45,572 nucleotides of DNA from Gallionella sp. Lineage in GTDB: Bacteria > Pseudomonadota > Gammaproteobacteria > Burkholderiales > Gallionellaceae. A program made the translations under genes and the position numbers. The stretch covers positions 1 through 45,572 of the forward strand of contig JANLID010000046.1 of NCBI GenBank assembly GCA_024654105.1, in the 5' to 3' direction. The notes below the pieces were generated by a model. It was not told where the DNA came from. It did no database searches and worked only from the letters and a program-made list of their open reading frames with translations. Below, in pieces: positions 27,021 through 36,224 of this stretch. How positions within the stretch are numbered: position 1 is the first letter of the stretch; every line of letters begins with the position of its first letter.

Positions 27021-27550
27021 CTATAGAATAGACACTACGCCGCGCCTGCCCAGAAGGAGCCTGGGAGTGCGAGCCAAAAATTCCGCCAAGGCGAATCCGA
27101 AAATTCGCACCCGGCGTAATTTGGCTTGCCCGTCAGTCGCCCGATCGTTCAGCCACCAGCATCGTGCAATCGTGCTGGCATCCGTGGCTTTCACCATATT
27201 GCTGGCTACCGTAGGCAGTCCACGGCGCGGGTTCCGGTCTTCCACCAGCTTGACGCCAGTGCTGGACACCGCATACCCACTGCTTGCGCATCTACAGCCT
27301 TCTGTGCGCGATACCGATTGCAGCCAGAACGTCACCGAGTGCCCCGTGCGTGACTCTATTCTCCGCTCAGGATTTACACCCGCAGAACCCGCTAGACTCT
27401 GCAATCGCAGACGAGCGCGCAATAAAAAACCGCCTCGGCTGGTGGCTGGCTGGAAATCAATGTACGGGCACACTGTGCAACTTGCGTTGCGTTCCAGCCA
27501 CCATGCGAGGCGGCTATTTTTGCCTGTAAGCTGATTTCCAGTCAGCACGA
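27021..27550 (-). ncRNA. Putative structured RNA region / attenuator
   Basis: Several long complementary stems and a terminator-like hairpin; no convincing protein. Confidence 0.4.
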
Positions 27551-27558
27551 TTAGCCTA

Positions 27559-27813
27559 TCACTTTTCCGGGTCGGTTGCAACCGGTTCATATGTGGCGGC
27601 GAAAATGTCAGGCTTGCAAGGATAGAATTCGCCCTTTACGCCCCTGATAACGAAGTCCCCGATTGCTGCGTGCATGATGCCTTCCAGGGTTTCGATATCT
27701 ATTCCACCAAGCGATGAAACCAAACCGTTACACCATTTTGCGGTGTGTTCTGCGCCGCGGCGAGTCACGACACGAGCTTCGATCACGACCGGCTTTTTTC
27801 GGTACTGTCCCAT
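27559..27813 (-). CDS. Conserved phage protein (YRKKPVVIEA family)
   Basis: YRKKPVVIEA...GVKGEFYPCKPDIFAATYE. Confidence 0.85.
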   Translation of the reverse strand: MGQYRKKPVVIEARVVTRRGAEHTAKWCNGLVSSLGGIDIETLEGIMHAAIGDFVIRGVKGEFYPCKPDIFAATYEPVATDPEK

Positions 27814-27823
27814 TGCAAACCTC

Positions 27824-28189
27824 CTATCGAATGACGTTGTACCCGCGCCCTGCCAAGCACGCCCTGAGCGCCCCTTGCTGCTCCCTAACGCCCCCTGCCG
27901 CACCGCTTACCCCGCCGTACCCCGCGCCGAAAGCCGCGCCCTGATTCGCGCATTCACGCCCGCAGATCACTGCACCGAGAATACCGCCGATTACAGCACC
28001 GACTCCCACGCCGGCAACGGCATTTGCGCCGACGCTGGTCTGATTTGCAAGCGCCGCGCATTCCTCATAGTCGGCCTGGTACTGCTCAATGTTCACCTTG
28101 TGCGTGTCCACCAAAGAGTAGTCCATTTGCCGGGGAGCTACTGCGCAGCCGGCCAACATCACACACAGAACAGTAAGATATTTTCTCAT
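27824..28189 (-). CDS. Glycine-zipper lipoprotein
   Basis: Lipobox LAGC, GxxxG zippers, C-terminal CLAGRGY. Confidence 0.8.
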   Translation of the reverse strand: MRKYLTVLCVMLAGCAVAPRQMDYSLVDTHKVNIEQYQADYEECAALANQTSVGANAVAGVGVGAVIGGILGAVICGRECANQGAAFGAGYGGVSGAAGGVREQQGALRACLAGRGYNVIR

Positions 28190-28229
28190 CGCATTTTCCT
28201 CTCGTTAATCCGCCCCGGCGTAAAGCGGC

Positions 28230-28421
28230 TCATATCCGCGCCGCTCCTACCAGCAGCCAAAACACGACGATTACAGCCGTCCAGACCTCGACGCGCCGAT
28301 ACCATGCCGGCCGGTAGTTGATGCGTGATTCCTCAAGCACCCAATGGTGCGGCATCTGGCGCAGGCAGGGCTTGTCGTAGCATGGGCCTTGATATTTGCT
28401 TCCGATTTGGACGTTGCTCAT
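28230..28421 (-). CDS. Small membrane protein
   Basis: C-terminal TM segment; ATGA overlap. Confidence 0.45.
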   Translation of the reverse strand: MSNVQIGSKYQGPCYDKPCLRQMPHHWVLEESRINYRPAWYRRVEVWTAVIVVFWLLVGAARI

Positions 28422-28627
28422 TTCGGCTTCCTTGATAGGCCGCGCCACGTGACTGTTTGCCATATCAGGCCCTCTAACTCGTTGCGACTAAAGAACCATT
28501 TTTTCCCATTCCAATAATGCAAATGGTAAGAAGAATTTACATAGAATCTTGTGCATTGGTGACATTGATACATCCCGGCATGCACCGGATTGATCTCGGG
28601 TGGGTACCACGGCGAATATTTGCCCAT
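28418..28627 (-). CDS. Hypothetical protein
   Basis: SPWYPPEINPVHAGMY...WRGL; GGAGG RBS. Confidence 0.6.
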   Translation of the reverse strand: MGKYSPWYPPEINPVHAGMYQCHQCTRFYVNSSYHLHYWNGKKWFFSRNELEGLIWQTVTWRGLSRKPK

Positions 28628-28809
28628 CACACACCTCCTGTAATCTTGACGCCAAGCTGATAAGCCGCAATCCAGGCCACGATGATCCACACGGCTAGAG
28701 CTACTAAGCGGCTGGTATAGGCGGAGCGACGCAGGCGGGCGTTCTCGGACTGGAGCGCCTGCATGGTGGACTGCGCTTCCTGCTCGCGCCAGAGGGCGAA
28801 TATGTCCAC
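28627..28809 (-). CDS. Small membrane protein
   Basis: 60 aa, C-terminal TM segment. Confidence 0.45.
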   Translation of the reverse strand: MDIFALWREQEAQSTMQALQSENARLRRSAYTSRLVALAVWIIVAWIAAYQLGVKITGGV

Positions 28810-28976
28810 TAGCCGGCATCCGGGTCTGGCGCTTCCGATTTCTTGCTGAACACGGCGTTATCCAAGCTGCCGTATTGAGCGCGGATATGCACTTCGTTGA
28901 ACATGCCGGGAAATTGCTTTTCTACCCATTCAAGTAACGCAGCTTCTATTTCTTTCTTGCTGAGTTCAAGTTCCAT
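28809..28976 (-). CDS. Hypothetical protein
   Basis: RBS plus MELELSKKEIEAAL. Confidence 0.5.
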   Translation of the reverse strand: MELELSKKEIEAALLEWVEKQFPGMFNEVHIRAQYGSLDNAVFSKKSEAPDPDAG

Positions 28977-29201
28977 TATTTCCCCTGTCTCATTGGTCTG
29001 CCAAAAGTCGTCAGATCGCCTTCGCCGGTCTGCACGAAACGGTCGGCGCGCTCGTCTTTGTCGTCGTGCCACTCGATAGGGACAGCAGCAGACGCAGGAC
29101 TCCCGATGGCACGGGCGCTTTTCAGCGTTGACCGGGGAGTATTGCGACCATCCACCTGCGCCGCCGCTGATCTGTTCACGCGCTCGCGTTCCTGCGGGTA
29201 T

Positions 29202-29726
29202 CTAACATTCCATTGCATGATTAGCTCTGCTAATTTTCAGCGCATGACGGCGCTTGTCGTACTGTTTTAAACATTCTTTGTGATATAACCTGTCGCTATT
29301 GCGATGCAATGTGTTTGGAGGCTCGTATTTCCCACAGAGCGAACATTTAAGCCAATTCGCATTTCCGCAGGCATTTAAAGCTCTCGTTCGTATGTGCAAT
29401 AACAAGTGATAGGATTGGTTTTGGCAAATAACCAAATTTTCGTTAGCGTTGTTACCGCCATTTTCATCAACGTGATGCACTCTAGCGCTGGGCGGGAGTT
29501 TTTTACCAAGCGCTTTCTCTGCGATCATTACGTGCTCTAAAATAGTTTTCCCGTTAATGGTGTGCTGTATATAGCCATAGGTTGTGATTCTTCCTGATCC
29601 CTTTTGACGTATCTTGGTTACAAGCGGCCCGCCGTTGTGCAGAGTCCTCCTGTAGTGCGTATTGCACATTCCCTTTGAATGCACAAAACGGGAGCACCCA
29701 TATACGCTACACAATGGCTTGCTCAC
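29202..29726 (-). CDS. HNH homing endonuclease
   Basis: CSVYGC...GMCNTHY, EHVMIAEKALG, VHHVDENGGNNANENL; AT-rich. Confidence 0.88.
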   Translation of the reverse strand: MSKPLCSVYGCSRFVHSKGMCNTHYRRTLHNGGPLVTKIRQKGSGRITTYGYIQHTINGKTILEHVMIAEKALGKKLPPSARVHHVDENGGNNANENLVICQNQSYHLLLHIRTRALNACGNANWLKCSLCGKYEPPNTLHRNSDRLYHKECLKQYDKRRHALKISRANHAMEC

Positions 29727-29971
29727 GTCTTCCCCTCCAAAAGCGCCCGCACCCTTGGAGCCCACCGCTCCATCGCCTCAGAAGTCTCAGGCGCGAACGT
29801 GTGCTGATCTTCGGCATAGAGGCGTAGTGCGAAGGTCATGGCGTCGCGCTCAAGCTGGCTGGCGTGTTCCACTAGCGGCCCGACAGTCTCGTAAGTGCGC
29901 CCCTCGTTTATTTCAAGCATCAACGCATCCGTCAACGGAACTGGCAGTTCGGTAAGGTGGCGCTTGTCCAT
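29723..29971 (-). CDS. Hypothetical protein
   Basis: GGAGG RBS, coupled to the HNH gene. Confidence 0.5.
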   Translation of the reverse strand: MDKRHLTELPVPLTDALMLEINEGRTYETVGPLVEHASQLERDAMTFALRLYAEDQHTFAPETSEAMERWAPRVRALLEGKT

Positions 29972-30113
29972 CACGCGGCCTCCAATGGCCCAGCAGCATC
30001 CGAAGGCCGGGAGACGGGGGAGGAACCCGCCCCGGACAAGCCGGGAGCCCGCGGCGCTGCTGTGCTCGGTACAAGCTCGAAATTCCAGAGCTTCGTGTTG
30101 GGGTACATAGGTC

Positions 30114-30392
30114 TCATAGGTCGTTTGCCTCAGCCATGGCGGCGGCGAAGCAGAGGGCGAGGATTCGGCAATCGCGGGCGTCATTCCCCCATTCTTCGCC
30201 CCATCCTTTCCCAGAATCTACCGATAATCGTGGCTTGAATAGGTCGGAATATTGTTGCGCAGTCGGACCAAGCCCTTTGCCATGGAAGTTGCACAATGTC
30301 CTGATAAGGATGCACGAAAACAGTTCTCCATCATCGTCACGTTCCATTTCTCGCGCCGCCCTGCGATAAATCACTGCATCTTTCTTGCTCAT
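30114..30392 (-). CDS. Hypothetical protein
   Basis: RILALCFAAAMAE C-terminal motif. Confidence 0.55.
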   Translation of the reverse strand: MSKKDAVIYRRAAREMERDDDGELFSCILIRTLCNFHGKGLGPTAQQYSDLFKPRLSVDSGKGWGEEWGNDARDCRILALCFAAAMAEANDL

Positions 30393-30626
30393 CCCCGCCC
30401 CCTCGGCAATCCGATAAACACGGCAGCAGCGCCGACGATGAATCCTATGAACCATCCGAGAACGAATGCGACAGTGAGGGTCATGGCTTCCTCCAATTGA
30501 CCGCTGCGACAATTACGATAATCCACGCATAAAAGCGCCAGTCGGTTATGCCGTTGGTCCCCGCCGTTAGAGCCGCGCCAAGAAGGACGGCGTATAGGTA
30601 CTGCCGCACAAACGACATGACGGCGC

Positions 30627-30857
30627 TCATTTTTCCTCCGCGTTGGCGAGGGCTGCGCGGATCTTGGCTACCGCAGAATCTGGACCGATGACGATAGACA
30701 TATCTGCCAAGTCCGCCCGCATTCCTGGGTGCGCATAGTCAATGGCCGCATTAAGCGCCTCCACCAGCTCCGCATTCACGGCCCGTAGTCGCGTGTTCTC
30801 GTCCGCCAGATCGCAAACCTGCGCGATATAATCCGCCTCTGTGCGATGCCCGCTCAT
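30627..30857 (-). CDS. Hypothetical protein
   Basis: ELVEAL...IRAALANAE pattern of phage early genes. Confidence 0.55.
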   Translation of the reverse strand: MSGHRTEADYIAQVCDLADENTRLRAVNAELVEALNAAIDYAHPGMRADLADMSIVIGPDSAVAKIRAALANAEEK

Positions 30858-31046
30858 TTCTGTTCAGCCTTTGCGAGTACTGCTGTTATGGCCGACTTGG
30901 ACGGCACCATTCCCTCTGCCGCGCATTCCTCCAGCAACGCGAGCAAGACCGACGGCCCGCAGCCGCGCGCACTCCTGAATTGCATGTTGACCGATTGCAG
31001 GACTGATGCGCCTGTCGAAGTGGCGGCGTTCTTGTCTGGCGCTCAT
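30854..31046 (-). pseudogene. Probable frameshifted small gene
   Basis: 193 nt between coupled start and stop; the alternative frame gives VLLALLEE...AVLAKAEQK, paralleling the neighbour. Confidence 0.4.
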
Positions 31047-31405
31047 GACGGCACCTTGGCGAATATCTGTGGAAGCGCGGATTCGGGAACCATCGTTTCT
31101 GGCGGAACGTGACCGAGCATCCAAGAGCGCTGTGTGCAGATGTTGATTGCCTGCTCAAGCGTGTACCTTCCAGCAGAGGCAATGTCGGACGGATAGCCGC
31201 AGCAGCCCGGTCCCCACCATGCGTTATGCTCGTTCGACCAAATGAGCCAGCCGGCGGAGCGCTCGCGCAGCTTGGCTATCTCTGCGTCCTTATAGTCAAG
31301 GCAATCCGCAACAGCTTCAAGCCACGAATCGCCTTTGGCGCGTAGTTGTGCGGCAACGCTCGGAGATTGCGCCATCAGTTCCATCGGCGTGTTTATGTCG
31401 GTCAT
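31043..31405 (-). CDS. Hypothetical protein
   Basis: WLIWSNEHNAWW...GY....AGRY motif. Confidence 0.65.
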   Translation of the reverse strand: MTDINTPMELMAQSPSVAAQLRAKGDSWLEAVADCLDYKDAEIAKLRERSAGWLIWSNEHNAWWGPGCCGYPSDIASAGRYTLEQAINICTQRSWMLGHVPPETMVPESALPQIFAKVPS

Positions 31406-31722
31406 TGCATTCCCCCAAATCCGAGTCCGTGTTTCTTTTTAAACGCCTCGACGAATGCGCGCAGTTCTGCGTCAATCATGGTCATGCGCTCGATATCTTT
31501 GTCAGTCGGCTCGACGCCAGGATCGAGGATGCTCATGATGCTGGCGAATAGATGCTGCGCGCCTGCAAAGAATGCCGTGCGCATTTCGTCCAACTGAACC
31601 TGCGGCGCTTCCGGCGGCACGACAGCTATACGCAATCCTATCCAACCGGCCTCGATCAGCTTGCCTTGGTCGGTTAAATCGCGCGACAGCTTTTCGAGCA
31701 TTTCTTTCGTGATAGTGCTCAT
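31402..31722 (-). CDS. Hypothetical protein
   Basis: QLDEMRTAFFAGAQ motif. Confidence 0.65.
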   Translation of the reverse strand: MSTITKEMLEKLSRDLTDQGKLIEAGWIGLRIAVVPPEAPQVQLDEMRTAFFAGAQHLFASIMSILDPGVEPTDKDIERMTMIDAELRAFVEAFKKKHGLGFGGMQ

Positions 31723-31855
31723 GAAAATATCCATCCCAAAAACTTGACGACGCCAAATCCGGCGAGCGCAACGACCCAGATCACGAAACACCAGCCGGCG
31801 ATAGCCTCACTCTGCCGCTTGCTGCGACTGCTGTAGTAGGATTGCTCGTCTTGGG

Positions 31856-32128
31856 TCATGCTGGCACCCGTTTAGTTTCAATGAACAGCAGTCCGGTTTT
31901 GTCTCTGATAGCCAGCCCGTGATGTATTGCCTGCGCGGTTTCGCCAGTGGGCAGGATTTCCTTTGCGTCGGTCATCGCTTGAATCAGACCGGCTCGGTCC
32001 CAATCTGCGCCGAGAATAATGCCTACGCCCGGACTGCGGAACGTATGCACTTTCTCGCCATCGGACAGCATTAAAAGCGCATCTTCTAGGCTTACCGTTT
32101 CGTTGTTTTCGCTCATGACGGCATTCAT
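31856..32128 (-). CDS. Hypothetical protein
   Basis: VHTF...GADW...HGL...FIET. Confidence 0.55.
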   Translation of the reverse strand: MNAVMSENNETVSLEDALLMLSDGEKVHTFRSPGVGIILGADWDRAGLIQAMTDAKEILPTGETAQAIHHGLAIRDKTGLLFIETKRVPA

Positions 32129-32340
32129 TGCGCGCTGGCCTGGGTGTCCTGCGCAGCCGCAACAACAGCGCGACATGACAACGCATTGCCGGCCAACGTG
32201 CAGCGTTCCATCGTGCCGGTGCGCGTGTCCATGCGCACGATGGTCTGGCCGTCTTTGGTGAGCGTGTAAGTGCCGACATAGGGCTGCTGCATCGACCAGA
32301 CTCCAGCGGCTACTGAGATTGCCAAGAGTGCTTCGATCAT
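32125..32340 (-). CDS. Small exported/membrane protein, first gene of the leftward operon
   Basis: Hydrophobic N-terminus, RMDTRTG motif. Confidence 0.55.
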   Translation of the reverse strand: MIEALLAISVAAGVWSMQQPYVGTYTLTKDGQTIVRMDTRTGTMERCTLAGNALSCRAVVAAAQDTQASAQ

Positions 32341-32381
32341 TTTGTGGTCCCCCGTTCCCGCCTGGTTGGTGGCATGGAAGA

Positions 32382-32410
32382 ACTGTAAGCGCGCTTAAAG
32401 CATTTGTCAA
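32382..32410 (-). promoter_or_regulatory. Leftward early promoter (pL-like)
   Basis: TTGACA-17 bp-TACAGT on the minus strand; overlaps palindrome TAAGCGCGCTTA (32386-32397). Confidence 0.75.
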
Positions 32411-32430
32411 GAGCTTTCTTGTAAGCGCAC

Positions 32431-32460
32431 TTGACAAGGCGATTCGAACGTGCCTAGAAT
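32431..32460 (+). promoter_or_regulatory. Rightward early promoter (pR-like)
   Basis: TTGACA-18 bp-TAGAAT; operator-like TAAGCGCACTTG at 32422-32433. Confidence 0.75.
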
Positions 32461-32467
32461 TCGCCTT

Positions 32468-32659
32468 ATGGATGCAAACCAGATCATTGACGGCATAGGC
32501 GGGACAGTGGCAACCGCAGAGCTATGCCGAGTGTCACCGCAGGCCGTTTCCCAATGGCGCGAGGATGGAATACCAGAGGCGCGGCTGATGTTTTTGCAAC
32601 TGGCGCGGCCTGAGATATTTGCCAAGCGCAACGGCAAGAAAACGCAGGTGGCGGCATGA
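32468..32659 (+). CDS. Cro/YdaS-like HTH regulator
   Basis: IIDGIGGTVATAELCRVSPQAVSQWREDGIPEAR. Confidence 0.85.
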   Translation: MDANQIIDGIGGTVATAELCRVSPQAVSQWREDGIPEARLMFLQLARPEIFAKRNGKKTQVAA

Positions 32660-32732
32660 CCGCTGTCTCCGACGAAGTGCGCCGCTGCCGGGAGTTGATA
32701 CGCGGCGTGTCGATGGATTTGGGGGATGCGCC

Positions 32733-33398
32733 TTGAATCCGGTCATCATCGGCAACGCTGAGCTTTGGCTTGGCGACTGTCTCGAAATCCTTCCGACTTT
32801 GCCAAAGGTGGACGCGGTGATCGCCGACCCACCGTACGGCATTGGCTACTCCCCGAGCGGCGGCGGTAAAGGCGCATTCGGGAAACCAGTCTACAAACGC
32901 TTTACGGGGGTCGACGTCGTGCGTGGTGACGACAAGCCATTCGACCCTGAGCCGTTCATCCTGATCGCGCCCAAGGTCATCCTGTGGGGCGCCAACCACT
33001 ACGCACCGCGCTTGCCCGCGTCTGCCTGCTGGCTTATCTGGGATAAGAGGGAAGCCGAAAGCACGCTCAAGTTTGCGGACTGCGAGATGGCATGGACGAA
33101 TCTGCCGGGCCAGGCGCGCATATTTCGGCACCTGTGGAATGGCGTAGCGAAGGCCAGCGAATCCGGAGAGCCCCGCGTCCACCCCACGCAAAAGCCGATC
33201 GCGCTGATGACGTGGTGCTTGAAGCAAGCGGGCAATCCGGCGTCCGTCCTTGACCCGTTCATGGGAAGCGGAACGCTGGGCATCGCAGCAGCGCAGGCCG
33301 GATGCGCCTACACCGGCATAGAAATTGACGCGCACCACTTTGAAACAGCCTGCGAGCGCATCGAGAACGCACAGCGGCAACAACGGATGTTCGCATGA
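32733..33398 (+). CDS. DNA N6-adenine/N4-cytosine methyltransferase (beta class)
   Basis: GDCL, DPPYG, HPTQKP, LDPFMGSGT. Confidence 0.92.
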   Translation: MNPVIIGNAELWLGDCLEILPTLPKVDAVIADPPYGIGYSPSGGGKGAFGKPVYKRFTGVDVVRGDDKPFDPEPFILIAPKVILWGANHYAPRLPASACWLIWDKREAESTLKFADCEMAWTNLPGQARIFRHLWNGVAKASESGEPRVHPTQKPIALMTWCLKQAGNPASVLDPFMGSGTLGIAAAQAGCAYTGIEIDAHHFETACERIENAQRQQRMFA

Positions 33399-34189
33399 CA
33401 CCCTTTGCCGAACGCGAGGCCGCCCCTGTAGCCGCTCAACGCATCCGGTCTGAGCGTAACCACGCCCAAATGATTGTTGCATCCTTCGGTGGCGGCGTGA
33501 ACTCGACAGCCATGCTGATCGGGATGCACGAACGCGGTGAGCGCGTGGACCTGATCCTGTTCGCCGATACCGGGGGCGAGAAGCCGCACACCTACGCGCA
33601 CGTTCTGGATATGTCGGAATGGTTGGTTAATCACGGAATGCCCGCGATTGTCACGGTTAGCCAGCAAGCGGAAACCCTGGAATCAGATTGCCTCAAGCGT
33701 AAGGCACTCCCAGGTATTGCTTACGGGTTCAAATCATGTTCAGACCATTTCAAGTTGCGCCCGCAGCAGAAGTATCTGAAGGCACATGGGATCGTGCCGA
33801 CCGTCAAACTGATCGGATTTGACGCCAGCGAGCCGCAACGCGCAAAGCCAGTCGAAGGAAATCGTTACCCGCTGATCGAATGGGATTGGGGGCGCGAGGA
33901 ATGCGCCGAGGCGATTGACCGCGCTGGAATCACGCAACCTGGTAAATCGTCCTGTTTTTTCTGCCCGTCTTCCACGAAGCCAGAAATTATGCTCCTGCGT
34001 CGCCAGTACCCGGACCTCGCGGACAGGGCGGTGGCGATGGAGAAGAACGCCGAACTGACCGTTGTCAAGGGACTGGGGCGCCGCTTCGCATGGGGCGATC
34101 TGTACGCGGCTGACGACGCGCAAGCCAACCTGTTTCCTGAGAGCCACATTGAGATCGACTGCTGCTGCTATGACGGAGAACCCGCATGA
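33395..34189 (+). CDS. PAPS-reductase-like (PP-loop) protein
   Basis: SFGGGVNSTA, FADTGGE, YPL, KSSCFFCP. Confidence 0.85.
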   Translation: MTPFAEREAAPVAAQRIRSERNHAQMIVASFGGGVNSTAMLIGMHERGERVDLILFADTGGEKPHTYAHVLDMSEWLVNHGMPAIVTVSQQAETLESDCLKRKALPGIAYGFKSCSDHFKLRPQQKYLKAHGIVPTVKLIGFDASEPQRAKPVEGNRYPLIEWDWGREECAEAIDRAGITQPGKSSCFFCPSSTKPEIMLLRRQYPDLADRAVAMEKNAELTVVKGLGRRFAWGDLYAADDAQANLFPESHIEIDCCCYDGEPA

Positions 34190-34355
34190 ACCAACTCTCT
34201 GCCCGGTTAGTGTACAACCACGCGCGCCGCCTGTTCGCCGCTCCCAGGGCCGTCTGCGCGCTTTGTGGCCGCATCTACGACCGTAAGCCCGGATACCGCG
34301 ATCACTGCTCTAGGGCGTGCGCGAGGCTGAGTAAGCAGCGTAAGGCGAGGGCGGG

Positions 34356-35081
34356 GTGAACTTCTACAAGCACCACCTGGGCGACTACGACGGGGCTACA
34401 GCGCACCTTACTTGGACTGAAGACATGGCCTATACGCGCCTCCTAAGGGCCTATTACAGACGAGAACAGGGGTTTACGGACACCGTGGAAGCATGCCGTC
34501 TCGTTCGCGCTCAATCCAAGGCTGAAAAGCAAGCTGTGACCGTAATTCTGGCGGAATTTTTCCGTCAAGATACGGACGGTTGGCATAACAAACGCGCCGA
34601 CGAAGAGATCGCGGCGTACCAAGCACAAGCGGCAACGAATCGTCGCATTGCACGTCAACGAATCGTCAACGAATCGTCAACGAATCGTCCACCAGCAACA
34701 AGCGAAAAGCGTGAACCTAACCATAAGCCAGAACCATTAACCAAGAACCAAGAACCAAGTAAACCCGCCGCGGCTGACGCCGCGCGACCAGCAGACCCGG
34801 TGAAAGAGGAAATCTGGAAAACAGGGAAAACCCTGCTTTCAGTGAATGGCGATACAGAGCCAGCGGCTAGGTTCCTCGGGAAACTATGCAAGGAATACGG
34901 CCAGATTCTTGTCTTGCAAGCGGTTCGAGATTGCAACGTTGCTGTGCCGGTTGAACCAAAGTCATGGCTCGTCGCGCGCTGCCAGGAACGCAGGGCGATT
35001 GCCGGTAACAGGTCCGCCGCGATTGAAACGCGAAATCACGCCGCCGTCGAACAAGCTTTGAAAGAAGCGGAACATGGTTGA
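34356..35081 (+). CDS. Replication initiator (YdaU/DUF1376-like)
   Basis: YKHHLGDY...HLT..EDMAYTRLL..YY, GWHNKRADEEI; internal iterons. Confidence 0.85.
   Translation: MNFYKHHLGDYDGATAHLTWTEDMAYTRLLRAYYRREQGFTDTVEACRLVRAQSKAEKQAVTVILAEFFRQDTDGWHNKRADEEIAAYQAQAATNRRIARQRIVNESSTNRPPATSEKREPNHKPEPLTKNQEPSKPAAADAARPADPVKEEIWKTGKTLLSVNGDTEPAARFLGKLCKEYGQILVLQAVRDCNVAVPVEPKSWLVARCQERRAIAGNRSAAIETRNHAAVEQALKEAEHG
34633..34757. repeat. Origin iterons inside the initiator gene
   Basis: CAACGAATCGT x4 (three in tandem at 34654-34689), followed by A-rich AACCAAG-like repeats. Confidence 0.75.
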
Positions 35082-35703
35082 GTCAGATCGCAAGGCGTTG
35101 TTTGATTTGCTGGCGAACGTGTACGCCTTTTACCGCGTCGATTGCACAGCATTTGCCCTGGGCGTGTGGTGGGAAGCGATGCGGCCATTCGATCTCGCCT
35201 CAGTTAAAGACGCGCTGAACAGACACGCGGTAAATCCTGATAACGGGCAGTTCTGCCCTAAACCTGCGGATGTTGCGAAGCTGATCGGCGGCGGCACTGC
35301 GGACGCAGCTCTGGTTGCTTGGTCAAAAACCGAACGCGCTTTGCGTCAAGTCGGAACCTATGAAACCGTGGTGTTTGACGATCCGATTATTCATGCCGTT
35401 CTAAGCGACATGGGCGGATGGATTCAGTTCGGGAAAGTCACCGAGGAAGAACTGCCCTTCACACGAAACAATTTCGTGAGTCGCTATCGTGGATATTGCT
35501 TGCGCGGAAGGATTGATCAGTACCCGGCGAAGCTCATCGGGATCATCGACGGCGAGAACTGCGGACAGTACGCAGAACAAACCCCGAAACTAATCGGCAA
35601 TCCAGAGCGCGCTGCGCAAGTGCTCAGGGGTGGCGGTGAAGGAAGTGGCCTTCGTGTTGCATCTGATTTAGTTGCTCAAGCGTTGTTGGGAAGCGCTGCA
35701 TGA
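35074..35703 (+). CDS. Helicase loader-like protein (DUF6475-like)
   Basis: GQFCPKPAD, VVFDDPIIHAVLSDMGGW; follows the initiator. Confidence 0.7.
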   Translation: MVESDRKALFDLLANVYAFYRVDCTAFALGVWWEAMRPFDLASVKDALNRHAVNPDNGQFCPKPADVAKLIGGGTADAALVAWSKTERALRQVGTYETVVFDDPIIHAVLSDMGGWIQFGKVTEEELPFTRNNFVSRYRGYCLRGRIDQYPAKLIGIIDGENCGQYAEQTPKLIGNPERAAQVLRGGGEGSGLRVASDLVAQALLGSAA

Positions 35704-35859
35704 AACATCTTTCCTACCTTACGCCGCACCTACCTCAGCCTGCCACGCCGCACGCCAAGGAATGTATGGCGAAAATCAAAGAGATTTTGGCTATACCGCC
35801 AGCATACGAGCAGCCCAAGCCTATGCCTGAGCGCGAGCCCGGCGCTGATTTTGAGGAAG

Positions 35860-36033
35860 ATGATGAGTAAGACCTGCGGCGCATGCGCTCACTTCACCGA
35901 GCTACCCAAAACCGATCCCTCGCGGGAAATGCAGCCGCCGTGGGGCCGGTGTCAGTATTCAGCAGGAAAAAGTAATGTCAGATCGCCGTATGCGCGGTGC
36001 AAGTTTCAACCGTCAAGGTGGAACGCGAAATGA
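35860..36033 (+). CDS. Small Cys-rich protein
   Basis: KTCGACAHF...GRC...C. Confidence 0.5.
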   Translation: MMSKTCGACAHFTELPKTDPSREMQPPWGRCQYSAGKSNVRSPYARCKFQPSRWNAK

Positions 36034-36224
36034 CCCGACCCAAGTCAGACCTTGATCGCGCAGCCCTTTGGCTTTGGCGTGAGCGAAAGAACGTGGATGC
36101 CGAGTTCTGGCAGATCGACCCGACATGCGAATGCTCATGGTGTCGGGCTAGACGGGCATTTCGCGCGGCGTGTGAGGATCAGGATGCGAGGATGAAAGCG
36201 AGGATGAAAGCGAGGGCGAAATGA
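36030..36224 (+). CDS. Hypothetical protein
   Basis: ATGA-coupled chain. Confidence 0.45.
   Translation: MTRPKSDLDRAALWLWRERKNVDAEFWQIDPTCECSWCRARRAFRAACEDQDARMKARMKARAK

Noticed and set aside
27021-27590. 189-aa protein or group II intron
   Set aside because: The ORF lacks a convincing RBS and overlaps the upstream gene; no domain V consensus or reverse transcriptase seen.
34633-34757. Tandem repeats as a novel array
   Set aside because: Explained as ordinary origin iterons within the initiator gene.
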